Part shown: positions 7,960 to 16,429 of the stretch, in pieces
Numbering within the stretch: the stretch's first letter is position 1
Layout of the letters: every line of letters starts with the position of its first letter
From: an uncultured Thermoplasmata archaeon
GTDB lineage: Archaea; Thermoplasmatota; Thermoplasmata; Halarchaeoplasmatales; Halarchaeoplasmataceae
Reading direction: 5' to 3'
Assembly: GCA_964458595.1 (NCBI GenBank)
Contig: CAYWJQ010000003.1
Span: 123,116 to 187,115, forward strand
DNA length: 64,000 bases
Notes under the pieces: generated by a model
What the model was told of the DNA's origin: nothing
The model's input: the letters and a program-made list of their open reading frames with translations, nothing else
Database searches by the model: none
Made by a program: the position numbers and the translations under genes

Positions 7960-8799
7960 ATGACGGGGATGAATTTCTTTAGGAGTAAGGATCTCGAGAC
8001 TACGACAGAATTCTACATGGAAGAGCTGGATATGGATCTCTGGCTTGACCAGGATAAATGTAAAATAGTCAAGGACGGTAACCTCTTGATAGGCTTCTGT
8101 GAAGGGGAAACCGTAGACGAAGGAGGAACGATCACTTTCTTCTACCGCACTAAAGAAGAAGTCGACGAGATGTACGAAAAGTTCAAGGATAGAGCTCGTG
8201 GGGAACCTTCTGAGAACGATTTCTTCCAGGTCTATCAATTCTTCGCCGAGGATCCCGAGGGAAGGACTCTGGAATTTCAGACCTTCCTACACCATTTAGA
8301 ACCATACTTGGAGGGCATCGACCTCTTGGAAGGCAGGAGGAGCGTCAGAGAATACACGGACGAAGAAGTACCTGAAGAGACGCTGCAGAAGATATTCGAG
8401 ACCTGCAGGTTCGCGCCGACTTCTAGAAATTCGGAATCGTATTACTTCATACCTATAGAAGATAGAGAAATAATCGAGTTCATGTCGGAAAGGAGAGGTA
8501 GGAACAGTCAACCTATAGCGGAAGCTCCGATGGCCGTAGCTATCTGCTGCGATTCAGAAGAAACGGGCAGACCCAAACAGGACGGCGATATAGGCGCATA
8601 TCATTTCATGCTCACGGCTTGGGCTCACGGTCTAGGAACATGTTGGATCGCCGCGATGGACAGAGAAGATGTCAAAGAGAAGTTGGGGATCCCGAAGGAA
8701 CATTACGTTGCAACCGTAACACCACTGGGTTATCCTGAAGAGGTACCGGAAACACCTTCTAGAGAAGATGCGGATCATTACGTCAAAAGAATAGAGTGA
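7960..8799 (+). CDS. Fusion protein: N-terminal glyoxalase/VOC-like domain + C-terminal nitroreductase-family (FMN) domain
   Basis: The N-terminal ~115 aa (EFYMEELDMDLWLDQDKCKIV...LLIGFCEG...EFQTF) fit the VOC fold. The C-terminal part (RFAPTSRNSESYYFIPIED...AWAHGLGTCWI) fits the nitroreductase family. Confidence 0.65.
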   Translation: MTGMNFFRSKDLETTTEFYMEELDMDLWLDQDKCKIVKDGNLLIGFCEGETVDEGGTITFFYRTKEEVDEMYEKFKDRARGEPSENDFFQVYQFFAEDPEGRTLEFQTFLHHLEPYLEGIDLLEGRRSVREYTDEEVPEETLQKIFETCRFAPTSRNSESYYFIPIEDREIIEFMSERRGRNSQPIAEAPMAVAICCDSEETGRPKQDGDIGAYHFMLTAWAHGLGTCWIAAMDREDVKEKLGIPKEHYVATVTPLGYPEEVPETPSREDADHYVKRIE

Positions 8800-9134
8800 G
8801 GAGAACGGAAAGTTGAAATCATCTATCCAGTGTCTGAAAACCCTTTAGACTTTATATCTATTTGAAAAACTATCGATTTTTCTAACAACCAATATCCCGT
8901 GGTAAAGTATTTATATAGGTCAAACTTCGAATTGTATTAGGTACCTTCATGTCTAGTACAGTCACGATTTCGAGTATTCGAACCGAATTAAGTTTAAAGT
9001 ATTCTATTAACCGTTCCTCTTTTCGATGGTTCAGATGTTTGGGGTCGGAGGAAAATAATAACGATCTTGAAGGTATCTTAGCTTGACGATAAATATGAGA
9101 ACAGATAAAAATATGATTTAGGAAGGGATATAAG

Positions 9135-9467
9135 ATGACCGAAGAAGAAAAAAAGGAAGAAGATCCAGACCAGAAGTGCTGGCAGGTCGAAACAGGAAAT
9201 AAAGAAGGCCAAGTTTGCGTTATAACGGAAAGGTGCAAGGGCTGTGAATTCTGTATCGATTTCTGTCCGACTGGGGCTTTAGAACAATCCGATGATACCA
9301 CGGAGAAAGGTTATCATCCTCCGGAGATGGACGAAGGATGCGTACTTTGTGGTAAATGCGAGAAGATATGTCCGGAATTCGCGATATATCTCGGAGAAGA
9401 AGAGGAGGATAAAGATGAAGAAGACGAAAAAGAAGAAGAGAAAGAAGAAAGAGGTGAATGGATATGA
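9135..9467 (+). CDS. porD: 2-oxoacid:ferredoxin oxidoreductase delta subunit (2x[4Fe-4S] ferredoxin) with acidic/Lys low-complexity tail
   Basis: Two CxxCxxCxxxCP clusters (CKGCEFCIDFCP, CVLCGKCEKICP). The C-terminal tail is EEEEDKDEEDEKEEEKEE. Confidence 0.75.
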   Translation: MTEEEKKEEDPDQKCWQVETGNKEGQVCVITERCKGCEFCIDFCPTGALEQSDDTTEKGYHPPEMDEGCVLCGKCEKICPEFAIYLGEEEEDKDEEDEKEEEKEERGEWI

Positions 9468-10642
9468 TGGAACCGGGTACATATTTCATGGAGGGTAATA
9501 CCGCTTGTGCAGAAGGAGCTATAGCCGCCGGATGTACGTTCTTCGGCGGTTATCCGATCACGCCGGCTTCAGAGATCTTAGAGAGAATAGCTGAAAGATT
9601 TCCCGAGATACATGGGAGTTACATACAAATGGAAGATGAGCTGGGAAGTATAGCCTCGGTTTTGGGGGCCGCGTGGGCTGGAAGAAAGGCCATGACCGCA
9701 ACATCGGGACCGGGTTTCAGCTTGATGATGGAGAATTACGGATTGGGCCTGATGACCGAGACACCATGCGTGATCGTAGACGTGATGAGAGGCGGCCCCT
9801 CGACAGGTTTACCGACCATGGTCGCTCAAGGAGACGTCAACCAGGCTAGATGGGGTACGCATGGAGACGTGGGAGTTGTCGCGTATGCGCCTTCTTCGCC
9901 TCAGGAGTTATTTGATTATACGATAAAGGCCTTCAATACGGCTGAAAAGTATCGTCTTCCAGTGGTGGTTCTTTCCGACGAGATGGTATCTCACATGACG
10001 GAAAAAGTCGAGGTCCCGCCGAAGGAAGAGATCGATCTGGTAGATAGGAAGAAACCTGAGGAACCGCCAGAAGAGTTCCTGCCTTATCGCCCGGACGAAG
10101 ATGATCTCGTCCCTCCGATGGCCGACGCGGGAGATGGGTATTCCATCCACGTGACCGGTCTTACACACGACGAAGAGGGACATCCTTCTGTCGATGAAGA
10201 AACGCAGAACATGTTGGTACCTAGGTTGATCGATAAGATCAGGAAGAACGCCGATGATATATTAGAATATGAAGAATACAAGGTCGAAGACGCCGACAAA
10301 GTTATCATAGCGTACGGAAGCGTTTATCGAGCCGCCGTCGAAGCGGTAGATAAAGCAAGAGAGAAAGGTTACGACGTGGGTCTTCTCAGACCCAAGACTA
10401 TATGGCCCTTCCCCGAAGAGAGGATATATGATCTGGCCAGAGAAGGGGTCGACGATTTCCTCGTAGCCGAGATAAACTTCGGTCAGATCGCATATGAAGT
10501 CGAAAGATGCACAGGCGGTGCCGCTCAAACTTATCTGACCCCTAGGATGGGTGGTAATATACACACTCCTGAAGAGATCTTCGATAGGATAGAAGCGATC
10601 GACGAAGAAGAAATCCCGTCTTTCAAGGAGGGTAAAAGATGA
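9458..10642 (+). CDS. porA: 2-oxoacid (pyruvate/2-ketoisovalerate/2-oxoglutarate):ferredoxin oxidoreductase alpha subunit
   Basis: GNTACAEGAIAAGC...FGGYPITPASEI...GSIASVLGAAWAG is typical of OFOR alpha. Overlaps the delta gene by 10 bp. Confidence 0.8.
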   Translation: MDMMEPGTYFMEGNTACAEGAIAAGCTFFGGYPITPASEILERIAERFPEIHGSYIQMEDELGSIASVLGAAWAGRKAMTATSGPGFSLMMENYGLGLMTETPCVIVDVMRGGPSTGLPTMVAQGDVNQARWGTHGDVGVVAYAPSSPQELFDYTIKAFNTAEKYRLPVVVLSDEMVSHMTEKVEVPPKEEIDLVDRKKPEEPPEEFLPYRPDEDDLVPPMADAGDGYSIHVTGLTHDEEGHPSVDEETQNMLVPRLIDKIRKNADDILEYEEYKVEDADKVIIAYGSVYRAAVEAVDKAREKGYDVGLLRPKTIWPFPEERIYDLAREGVDDFLVAEINFGQIAYEVERCTGGAAQTYLTPRMGGNIHTPEEIFDRIEAIDEEEIPSFKEGKR

Positions 10643-11553
10643 GTATAAGAAGAAGCAGAGATTGGTTTTCACCGGATTACCAGGAACAGGAAACAGAAGA
10701 AGGTGTTGGTCACGGACTTCATCCTTTAGATGACTACTTGAGGAAGGACAGGATACCTCATATATGGTGTCCCGGATGTGGTCTAGGAACTATCTTGAAT
10801 TCATATCTTAGAGCTCTCAAGGATTCGGATATCGCTCCCGAAGAAACTGCCATGATTTCTGGAATAGGATGCAGCGGTAGAGCTGCCGGTTATGTCGACG
10901 TAGATTCATTCCACGTCACCCACGGTCGAGCTATACCCTTCGCTACCGGATTGAAGATAGGTAACCGCGATCTTAAAACCACGGTTTTCAGCGGTGACGG
11001 CGATCTTTTCGCAATTGGCGGCAACCATTTCATACACGCGGCTAGACGTAACGTCGATTTCAACGTCATCTGTGTGAACAACTTCAACTACGGGATGACA
11101 GGCGGACAGGCCGGACCTACTACACCGACAGACGCGGAAACTTCCTCGACACCATGGGGTGGTTTTGAACATCCATTCAATCTGCCCGCTGTCGCGGCCG
11201 GGGCAGGAGCCGTTTACGTGGCTAGATGGACCACATTCCATGTTGAAAAGATAATCGAATCATTCGAGGAGATGCTGGAAAAAGACGGATTCTGCTTCAT
11301 CGAGATCTTATCTCCGTGTCCCACTGGATACGGTCGGAAAGTGGGACTGAAAACGGGCAAAGAAACCATGAAGCATTTCAAGGAGAACAGCGAGATCAAG
11401 CCCGATGCGGACCCAAGCGAAGTAGCTTTAGATCCTGAAGATCCTGAATCGAACATAATCGTCGGAAAATTTGTGGATAGGGAAGCTCCTACATATCAGG
11501 ACGAGCGTGGAGAAGTCTTTGAAGACGCTAGAGAAGAACTGGGGGTGGAATGA
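10639..11553 (+). CDS. porB: 2-oxoacid:ferredoxin oxidoreductase beta subunit (TPP-binding)
   Basis: WCPGCGLGTI...GIGCSGR...GDGD (TPP/Mg site). 4-bp overlap with the alpha gene. Confidence 0.8.
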   Translation: MSIRRSRDWFSPDYQEQETEEGVGHGLHPLDDYLRKDRIPHIWCPGCGLGTILNSYLRALKDSDIAPEETAMISGIGCSGRAAGYVDVDSFHVTHGRAIPFATGLKIGNRDLKTTVFSGDGDLFAIGGNHFIHAARRNVDFNVICVNNFNYGMTGGQAGPTTPTDAETSSTPWGGFEHPFNLPAVAAGAGAVYVARWTTFHVEKIIESFEEMLEKDGFCFIEILSPCPTGYGRKVGLKTGKETMKHFKENSEIKPDADPSEVALDPEDPESNIIVGKFVDREAPTYQDERGEVFEDAREELGVE

Positions 11554-12059
11554 TGAGGAAAGAGATCCGATTTTCTGGATTCGGCGGTCAGGGAGTAATA
11601 TTGATGGGCCATATTTTTGGTGAAGCGGCGGTGCTCGACGATAAAGACGTGACTTTGACGAAAAGCTACGGGCCAGAAGCGAGAGGAGGAGCCTGCAGCA
11701 CGGACGTAATCATAAGCGACGAGAGAGTACACTATCCGCAGGTCAGAGATCCCGATTATCTGATATCGATGTCTCAGACCGCATTGGATACCTATCTGCC
11801 TGGACTCGGAGAGAACGGCGAATTGATAGTGGATACCGGTCTTGTGGAATCGCCTAGGGAAGACACCTTGGGACTACCAGCGACTCGGATCGCCGAGGAA
11901 GAACTCGGATTGAAGATGGTCGCCAACATAGTGATGCTCGGTTACTTCACGTCCGAATCGGGTCTGGTTACTGAGGAGTCTATGAAAGAAGCAATAAAGA
12001 AACAGGTGCCGGAAGGTACGGAAGAGAAAAATATCGAAGCCTTTGAGACGTCTATTTGA
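11550..12059 (+). CDS. porG: 2-oxoacid:ferredoxin oxidoreductase gamma subunit
   Basis: FSGFGGQGVILMGHIFGEAA...SYGPEARGG is typical of the gamma subunit. 4-bp overlap with the beta gene. Confidence 0.75.
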   Translation: MMRKEIRFSGFGGQGVILMGHIFGEAAVLDDKDVTLTKSYGPEARGGACSTDVIISDERVHYPQVRDPDYLISMSQTALDTYLPGLGENGELIVDTGLVESPREDTLGLPATRIAEEELGLKMVANIVMLGYFTSESGLVTEESMKEAIKKQVPEGTEEKNIEAFETSI

Positions 12060-12696
12060 AGACTTCATCAGTTTCCTTGTACCAGAGAACTAGATCGAGG
12101 TGACCTAAAGGTATACCCACCTCTTCGGAAAATCCTTTCATTTTTTCTTCTATCCTTAAATATCTCTTTTTGGTCAGAGTACTTGGCTCTTCATCTATGA
12201 CTTCTAACTCTACAAGATTTTTGATTATGTGTCTATCCAATATCGCCAGGTCGTGACCTTTCCCTATATTTCTTAGAAAGTGGCTGGCTTCTTTGTATCC
12301 CAGCCCTTTTACGTTATCAACGATCCATTTTCTAGCTTCCTTCTGATCGTCGAATCCCGAGAGTTTTTCTTTTATCGACACGTCGTTATCGATAAACTTT
12401 TCTCTAGCTTTGGTCAGATAATTTGCTTTATTGTTTCTGAACCTGACCCGATTTATCTCGTTGGATATCTTTTCTTCATCTCCTTCTAAAAGCAGGTCGT
12501 TCTCCTTCAGATTTTGAACCGTGTCCCAGCAAACTTTCGCCTTGGATTGAGGTGTAAAAAGGCAGAAAACCATCTCGTCGAAAACTCTTTTGTCCCCCTC
12601 TTCCCAGACCCCCTCGAATTCCTCTATCCTAGATTCTATAACTGGTTTGATCTCTTCATAGATCTCTCTGATATCTTCTATCTCTGTCTCGTTCAT
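12052..12696 (-). CDS. ogg: N-glycosylase/DNA lyase, archaeal Ogg2-type (HhH-GPD)
   Basis: KGLGYKEASHFLRNIGKGHDLAILDRHIIK matches the Ogg2 HhH-GPD signature. Confidence 0.55.
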   Translation of the reverse strand: MNETEIEDIREIYEEIKPVIESRIEEFEGVWEEGDKRVFDEMVFCLFTPQSKAKVCWDTVQNLKENDLLLEGDEEKISNEINRVRFRNNKANYLTKAREKFIDNDVSIKEKLSGFDDQKEARKWIVDNVKGLGYKEASHFLRNIGKGHDLAILDRHIIKNLVELEVIDEEPSTLTKKRYLRIEEKMKGFSEEVGIPLGHLDLVLWYKETDEVFK

Positions 12697-12748
12697 CTCA
12701 TCTTTCTAGCATTCAACCGGTAAATCAATCTTGTTATCGTTTTATATT

Positions 12749-14584
12749 TTATTCTATCTCTTCTAATTTTGTCTTCCCATACTCTTCAACGAAAGCTTCT
12801 ATAGAATACAGCAACATCGTGTGTTGGGCGGGAGCTCCTTTAACGTTTCCTCCAAATGATTTGATCAGATTCTGAGCTTTCGCTTCGAATAGCTCCTCGT
12901 CAGTCATCTTTGAAAGTTGGACGAGATCCAATAAGGCGACAGAATTGCCCGACGGATAACTGCCGTCATAGATTTCTTTTTTGGTCAAAGGCAGTTCGTT
13001 TGTAGAACTGAAATAGAATCCTCCGTTCTCTTCATCCCAAAATATTTCGATCATCTTTTTCGCTAGTTCTTTGGCTTTTTCGAGGTAAGTTCCTTTCCCG
13101 CTAGTCTTGTACATCTCTAACAGTGCCCAGATGTAAAAAGCGTAATCGTCCAACATTCCGTCGATGCCGACTTCACCGTCTATATACCTGTGATAAAGAC
13201 TTTCACCCTTTTCCAGTTCGGATGAGATGAATTCTAAACCTTTTTCAGCTTCTTTTCTGATCGATTTATCATCGAATATCCTAGAGGCTGTAGCTAAGGC
13301 GGTTATCATCAGGCCGTTCCAATCGGTCAATATCTTCTTGTCTTTACCGGGAGTTTCCCTTTCTTTTCTAGCCTCGAAGAGAGATCTCCTCATCTTCTCT
13401 ATTTTTTCTTTCAATTCTTCTTCATCCAATCCTTTTTCCTCTGCGATATATTCTATCCCTTCATTCAAATAAAGGACGTTTTTACCTGTTTTTTCACCCG
13501 TAGATTCTTCTCGATAATTCCCTTCTGATTTTACGTTATAAAGTTCCTTGAACATTTCTGGTTCATTCAGGATCTCATCTATCTCCTCTTCGGACCATAT
13601 GTAATAACCTCCTTCGACTTCTCCTGTATCGGCGTCTTGGGAGGAATAAAAACCGCCGTTTTTACTTTTTAAATCTCTCAACACGTATTCTATGGTCTCT
13701 TCCGCGGTCCTTTTGAATCTATCTTCCTCTCTCACTTCATAGGTCATCGAATAAGCCATCACCATCATTGCCTGGTCGTACAGCATCTTTTCGAAATGCG
13801 GTAATTTCCACTGCGGATCGGTCGAGTACCTGTGGAAGCCGTATCCGATATGATCGTATATGCCTCCTAATCTCATAGCATCGAGCGTCTTCTCGACCAT
13901 ATCTAGTGCTTTTTCTTCATTAGTTCTTTCCCAGTACTTCAAAAGAAATAACAATTCATGTGGGGAAGGGAACTTTGGTGAGCTGCCGAAACCGTGATGT
14001 TCGTCGTCGAAAGTCCTTTTCAGGGTCTCGTAACCTTCATCCAAAACAGAGACATCTATACTATCGCTGAATTCACCCTTTCTCCCCCTGAGCGACGAGA
14101 TTATTTTTTCACTTGGCGATAATAATTTTTCTCTATTGTTATTCCATAGATGATCGATACTTTTCGTGAGTTTTATCATTCCAGTTTGATCACCTCTACT
14201 CCGCTTCGGTATATAGGTAGCGGCGTAGAAAGGCTTTTTGTCCGGGGTCATCACTATATTTAAAGGCCATCCACCCGCACCGGTCATAGCTTTAGCTACC
14301 TCCATATACACGTTGTTCACATCGGGTCTTTCTTCCTTATCCACCTTTATAGATACGAAAGATTCGTTCATCAACTCAGCAACTTTTTCGTCCTCAAAAG
14401 ATTCGTGGGCCATGACGTGGCACCAGTGGCATGAAGAATAGCCGATGGAAAGAAATATAGGTTTATCCTCTTTTTCCGCTTTATCAAAAGCTTCCTGACA
14501 CCACGGATACCAGTCAACAGGATTTTCCGCATGCTGTTTAAGATATCTACTCTTCTCCCCCGCTAGATGATTCTTCTCTCCCAT
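12749..14584 (-). CDS. Thioredoxin-domain protein of the DUF255/YyaL family (N-terminal Trx-like domain + six-hairpin glycosidase-like domain)
   Basis: [41 protein letters not shown] is the characteristic DUF255 motif. 611 aa fits the family. Confidence 0.75.
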   Translation of the reverse strand: MGEKNHLAGEKSRYLKQHAENPVDWYPWCQEAFDKAEKEDKPIFLSIGYSSCHWCHVMAHESFEDEKVAELMNESFVSIKVDKEERPDVNNVYMEVAKAMTGAGGWPLNIVMTPDKKPFYAATYIPKRSRGDQTGMIKLTKSIDHLWNNNREKLLSPSEKIISSLRGRKGEFSDSIDVSVLDEGYETLKRTFDDEHHGFGSSPKFPSPHELLFLLKYWERTNEEKALDMVEKTLDAMRLGGIYDHIGYGFHRYSTDPQWKLPHFEKMLYDQAMMVMAYSMTYEVREEDRFKRTAEETIEYVLRDLKSKNGGFYSSQDADTGEVEGGYYIWSEEEIDEILNEPEMFKELYNVKSEGNYREESTGEKTGKNVLYLNEGIEYIAEEKGLDEEELKEKIEKMRRSLFEARKERETPGKDKKILTDWNGLMITALATASRIFDDKSIRKEAEKGLEFISSELEKGESLYHRYIDGEVGIDGMLDDYAFYIWALLEMYKTSGKGTYLEKAKELAKKMIEIFWDEENGGFYFSSTNELPLTKKEIYDGSYPSGNSVALLDLVQLSKMTDEELFEAKAQNLIKSFGGNVKGAPAQHTMLLYSIEAFVEEYGKTKLEEIE

Positions 14585-14608
14585 AAAAAAGATAATGAGT
14601 TAATACTT

Positions 14609-15055
14609 TTATAGAATTTTCTCTACTTTCGCCGCGATATCTTCTAGTAGTTTTTCGTCCTCCTCCGAAAAGGCTTCCCTTTGGTGAGAATCTATGTCTA
14701 TCTCTCCCACGACCTCACCATTTTTGAAGATCGGCACCACGATCTCGGACTGAACTTTCACGCTGCATGAGAGGTAATTGTCTTCTTCGGAAACGTCCCC
14801 CACCACAAAGGTATCTTCCGATTCCGCCGCTTGTCCGCAAATTCCTTCGCCGAAATCGATGTTAGTATGTTCGGTCGATTCACCGACGAACGGTCCTAAG
14901 ACAAGTTCCCCATCTTCTACGAGATAGAAACCGACCCAGTCGTAACCGTCCATTTCGGTATGCAGCAAACGGCAGATATCTTTCAGTTTGGAGTCAGTAT
15001 CTCCATCTCTCTCTAATATTTCATCTACTCTTTCCAGTATTTCTTCCCTATCCAT
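14609..15055 (-). CDS. GAF-domain free methionine-(R)-sulfoxide reductase-like protein
   Basis: GFYLVEDGELVLGPFVGESTEH...EGICGQAAESEDTFVVGDV...LSCSVKVQSEIVVPIF...VGEIDIDSH fits the fRMsr/GAF family. Confidence 0.65.
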   Translation of the reverse strand: MDREEILERVDEILERDGDTDSKLKDICRLLHTEMDGYDWVGFYLVEDGELVLGPFVGESTEHTNIDFGEGICGQAAESEDTFVVGDVSEEDNYLSCSVKVQSEIVVPIFKNGEVVGEIDIDSHQREAFSEEDEKLLEDIAAKVEKIL

Positions 15056-15059
15056 ATTA

Positions 15060-15449
15060 TCACATCTCCTTTAGAGCCACCCATTTTTCCACTATCTCTC
15101 TCAGATGAGGTATTGTTATAGAACCTCCGACCACTAGTCCGACCGATAAAGCTTCCATCATCTCTTCATCGCTCACGCCTTCTTCGTCGCAGCGGATCAG
15201 ATGATATTCGATACAGTCGTCACAGCGCAGAACCATAGAGGCTATAAGGCCTAAAAGTTCCTTCGTCTTTTTGTCCAAAGCGCCATCTTCATACACTTGA
15301 GTATCTAGGTTGAAGAAACGCTTGATGTGGAGGTTCCCCTTCTCTAGTACAAGTTCGTTCAATCTTTCCCTTTTTTCCTCAAAACTTTCTTCTTCCGACA
15401 TCGGATATGCAATGGTGAGTAGTTTTTTAACTTTATTGCACCATCTCAC
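15060..15449 (-). CDS. Carboxymuconolactone decarboxylase/AhpD-like family protein
   Basis: RCDDCIEYHL matches the AhpD-core CxxC...H motif. True start may be the internal Met (MSEEES). Confidence 0.6.
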   Translation of the reverse strand: MRWCNKVKKLLTIAYPMSEEESFEEKRERLNELVLEKGNLHIKRFFNLDTQVYEDGALDKKTKELLGLIASMVLRCDDCIEYHLIRCDEEGVSDEEMMEALSVGLVVGGSITIPHLREIVEKWVALKEM

Positions 15450-15457
15450 CGAAAAAG

Positions 15458-15465
15458 TTATATAA
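15458..15465 (+). promoter_or_regulatory. Candidate archaeal TATA box (TTATATAA) with purine-rich BRE, ~28 bp upstream of the ArsR start (leaderless-type promoter)
   Basis: gaaaaagTTATATAAggatattagaataacgtaatatcATG. Spacing is consistent with an archaeal TATA at about -26/-30. Confidence 0.3.
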
Positions 15466-15488
15466 GGATATTAGAATAACGTAATATC

Positions 15489-15827
15489 ATGATAAATGAA
15501 AGTGAATCGGATGATGAGCGCATCCACAGGATGCACGCCGACCTCTGCAAGATGCTGTCCCACCCTACAAGGTTGAAGATACTGGAACAGTTGAAGGACG
15601 GAGAGAAAACAGTCAGCGAAGTCGTAGAGGCGCTCGGAGAAAGTCAATCGACGGTTTCCCAGCATCTAGGCGAACTGAAGAAAAGAGGTCTAGTGAGGGC
15701 GGAAAGAGACGGGTCGAATATGCTGTACAGCATAACTTATCCCGAGATAATGGACGCTTGTGAGATCATCCGAGATGTACTTTTCAAACAGCTCTCTGAA
15801 AATAACGACTTACTTAACGAGAGGTGA
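15489..15827 (+). CDS. ArsR/SmtB-family transcriptional regulator
   Basis: HPTRLKILEQLKDGEKTVSEVVEALGESQSTVSQHLGELKKRGLV. Confidence 0.75.
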   Translation: MINESESDDERIHRMHADLCKMLSHPTRLKILEQLKDGEKTVSEVVEALGESQSTVSQHLGELKKRGLVRAERDGSNMLYSITYPEIMDACEIIRDVLFKQLSENNDLLNER

Positions 15828-16249
15828 TTATGATGGGAAAAAGCGCAGATGAAGATGTAGAAAAGATAAAGAAAGAAATGGTGGATGATATGATGAACGA
15901 AAGCAGCAGTACGGAAGAGTACCCCAGCGGGCCGATAGAGGTAAACGACGAAAACTTTCAGGAAACGTTAGAGAAGTATCCTTTAGTGTTAGTCGACTTC
16001 TGGGCCGCGTGGTGCGGACCATGCAAGATGATGGAGCCGGTGATGGAGGAATTGGCCGCGGAGTACGAAGGTGATGCGGTCGTTGCGAAGATGAACGTGG
16101 ATAACAATCAAAGGATACCGAGTCAATTTCAGGTTTCAAGCATACCGACTTTAGTTCTGTTCAAAAACGGTGAAAAAGTCGATCGGATGATGGGTGCTAG
16201 ACAGAAGGGACAATTGGCCCAGAAGCTGGAACAGCACATGGAGAACTAG
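15824..16249 (+). CDS. trxA: Thioredoxin
   Basis: WAAWCGPCKMMEP active site. 4-bp overlap with the ArsR gene. Confidence 0.8.
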   Translation: MIMMGKSADEDVEKIKKEMVDDMMNESSSTEEYPSGPIEVNDENFQETLEKYPLVLVDFWAAWCGPCKMMEPVMEELAAEYEGDAVVAKMNVDNNQRIPSQFQVSSIPTLVLFKNGEKVDRMMGARQKGQLAQKLEQHMEN

Positions 16250-16390
16250 GAAGTCTCTATTCTCCCTTAAAAATTTTTCATTTATATTTTAACTAAACCT
16301 TTAATTTTTTCTATAATTGTAAATGTTGGTCGATAAGGCCGAAAGGAGTTAGAAACTAAACAATTTATATTTTCGACTTACCTCGTTCCG

Positions 16391-16402
16391 AAAATTTAAT
16401 AG
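16391..16402 (+). promoter_or_regulatory. Candidate TATA box (AAAATTTAATAG) ~28 bp upstream of the probable ValRS ATG (16430)
   Basis: ccgAAAATTTAATAGtaatctatcggtttgaacctatctatcATG. Implies a leaderless transcript. Confidence 0.25.
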
Positions 16403-16429
16403 TAATCTATCGGTTTGAACCTATCTATC

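Noticed and set aside
8882-9301. 139-aa minus-strand ORF upstream of and overlapping the ferredoxin (porD) gene
   Set aside because: Low-complexity Ser/Phe-rich translation spanning an AT-rich promoter region and overlapping a well-supported gene on the other strand.
9279-9498. Lys/Glu-rich ORFs overlapping the 3' end of porD on both strands
   Set aside because: These are artefacts of the GA-rich polyacidic tail-coding repeat (gaagaagaggag...). They are not independent genes.
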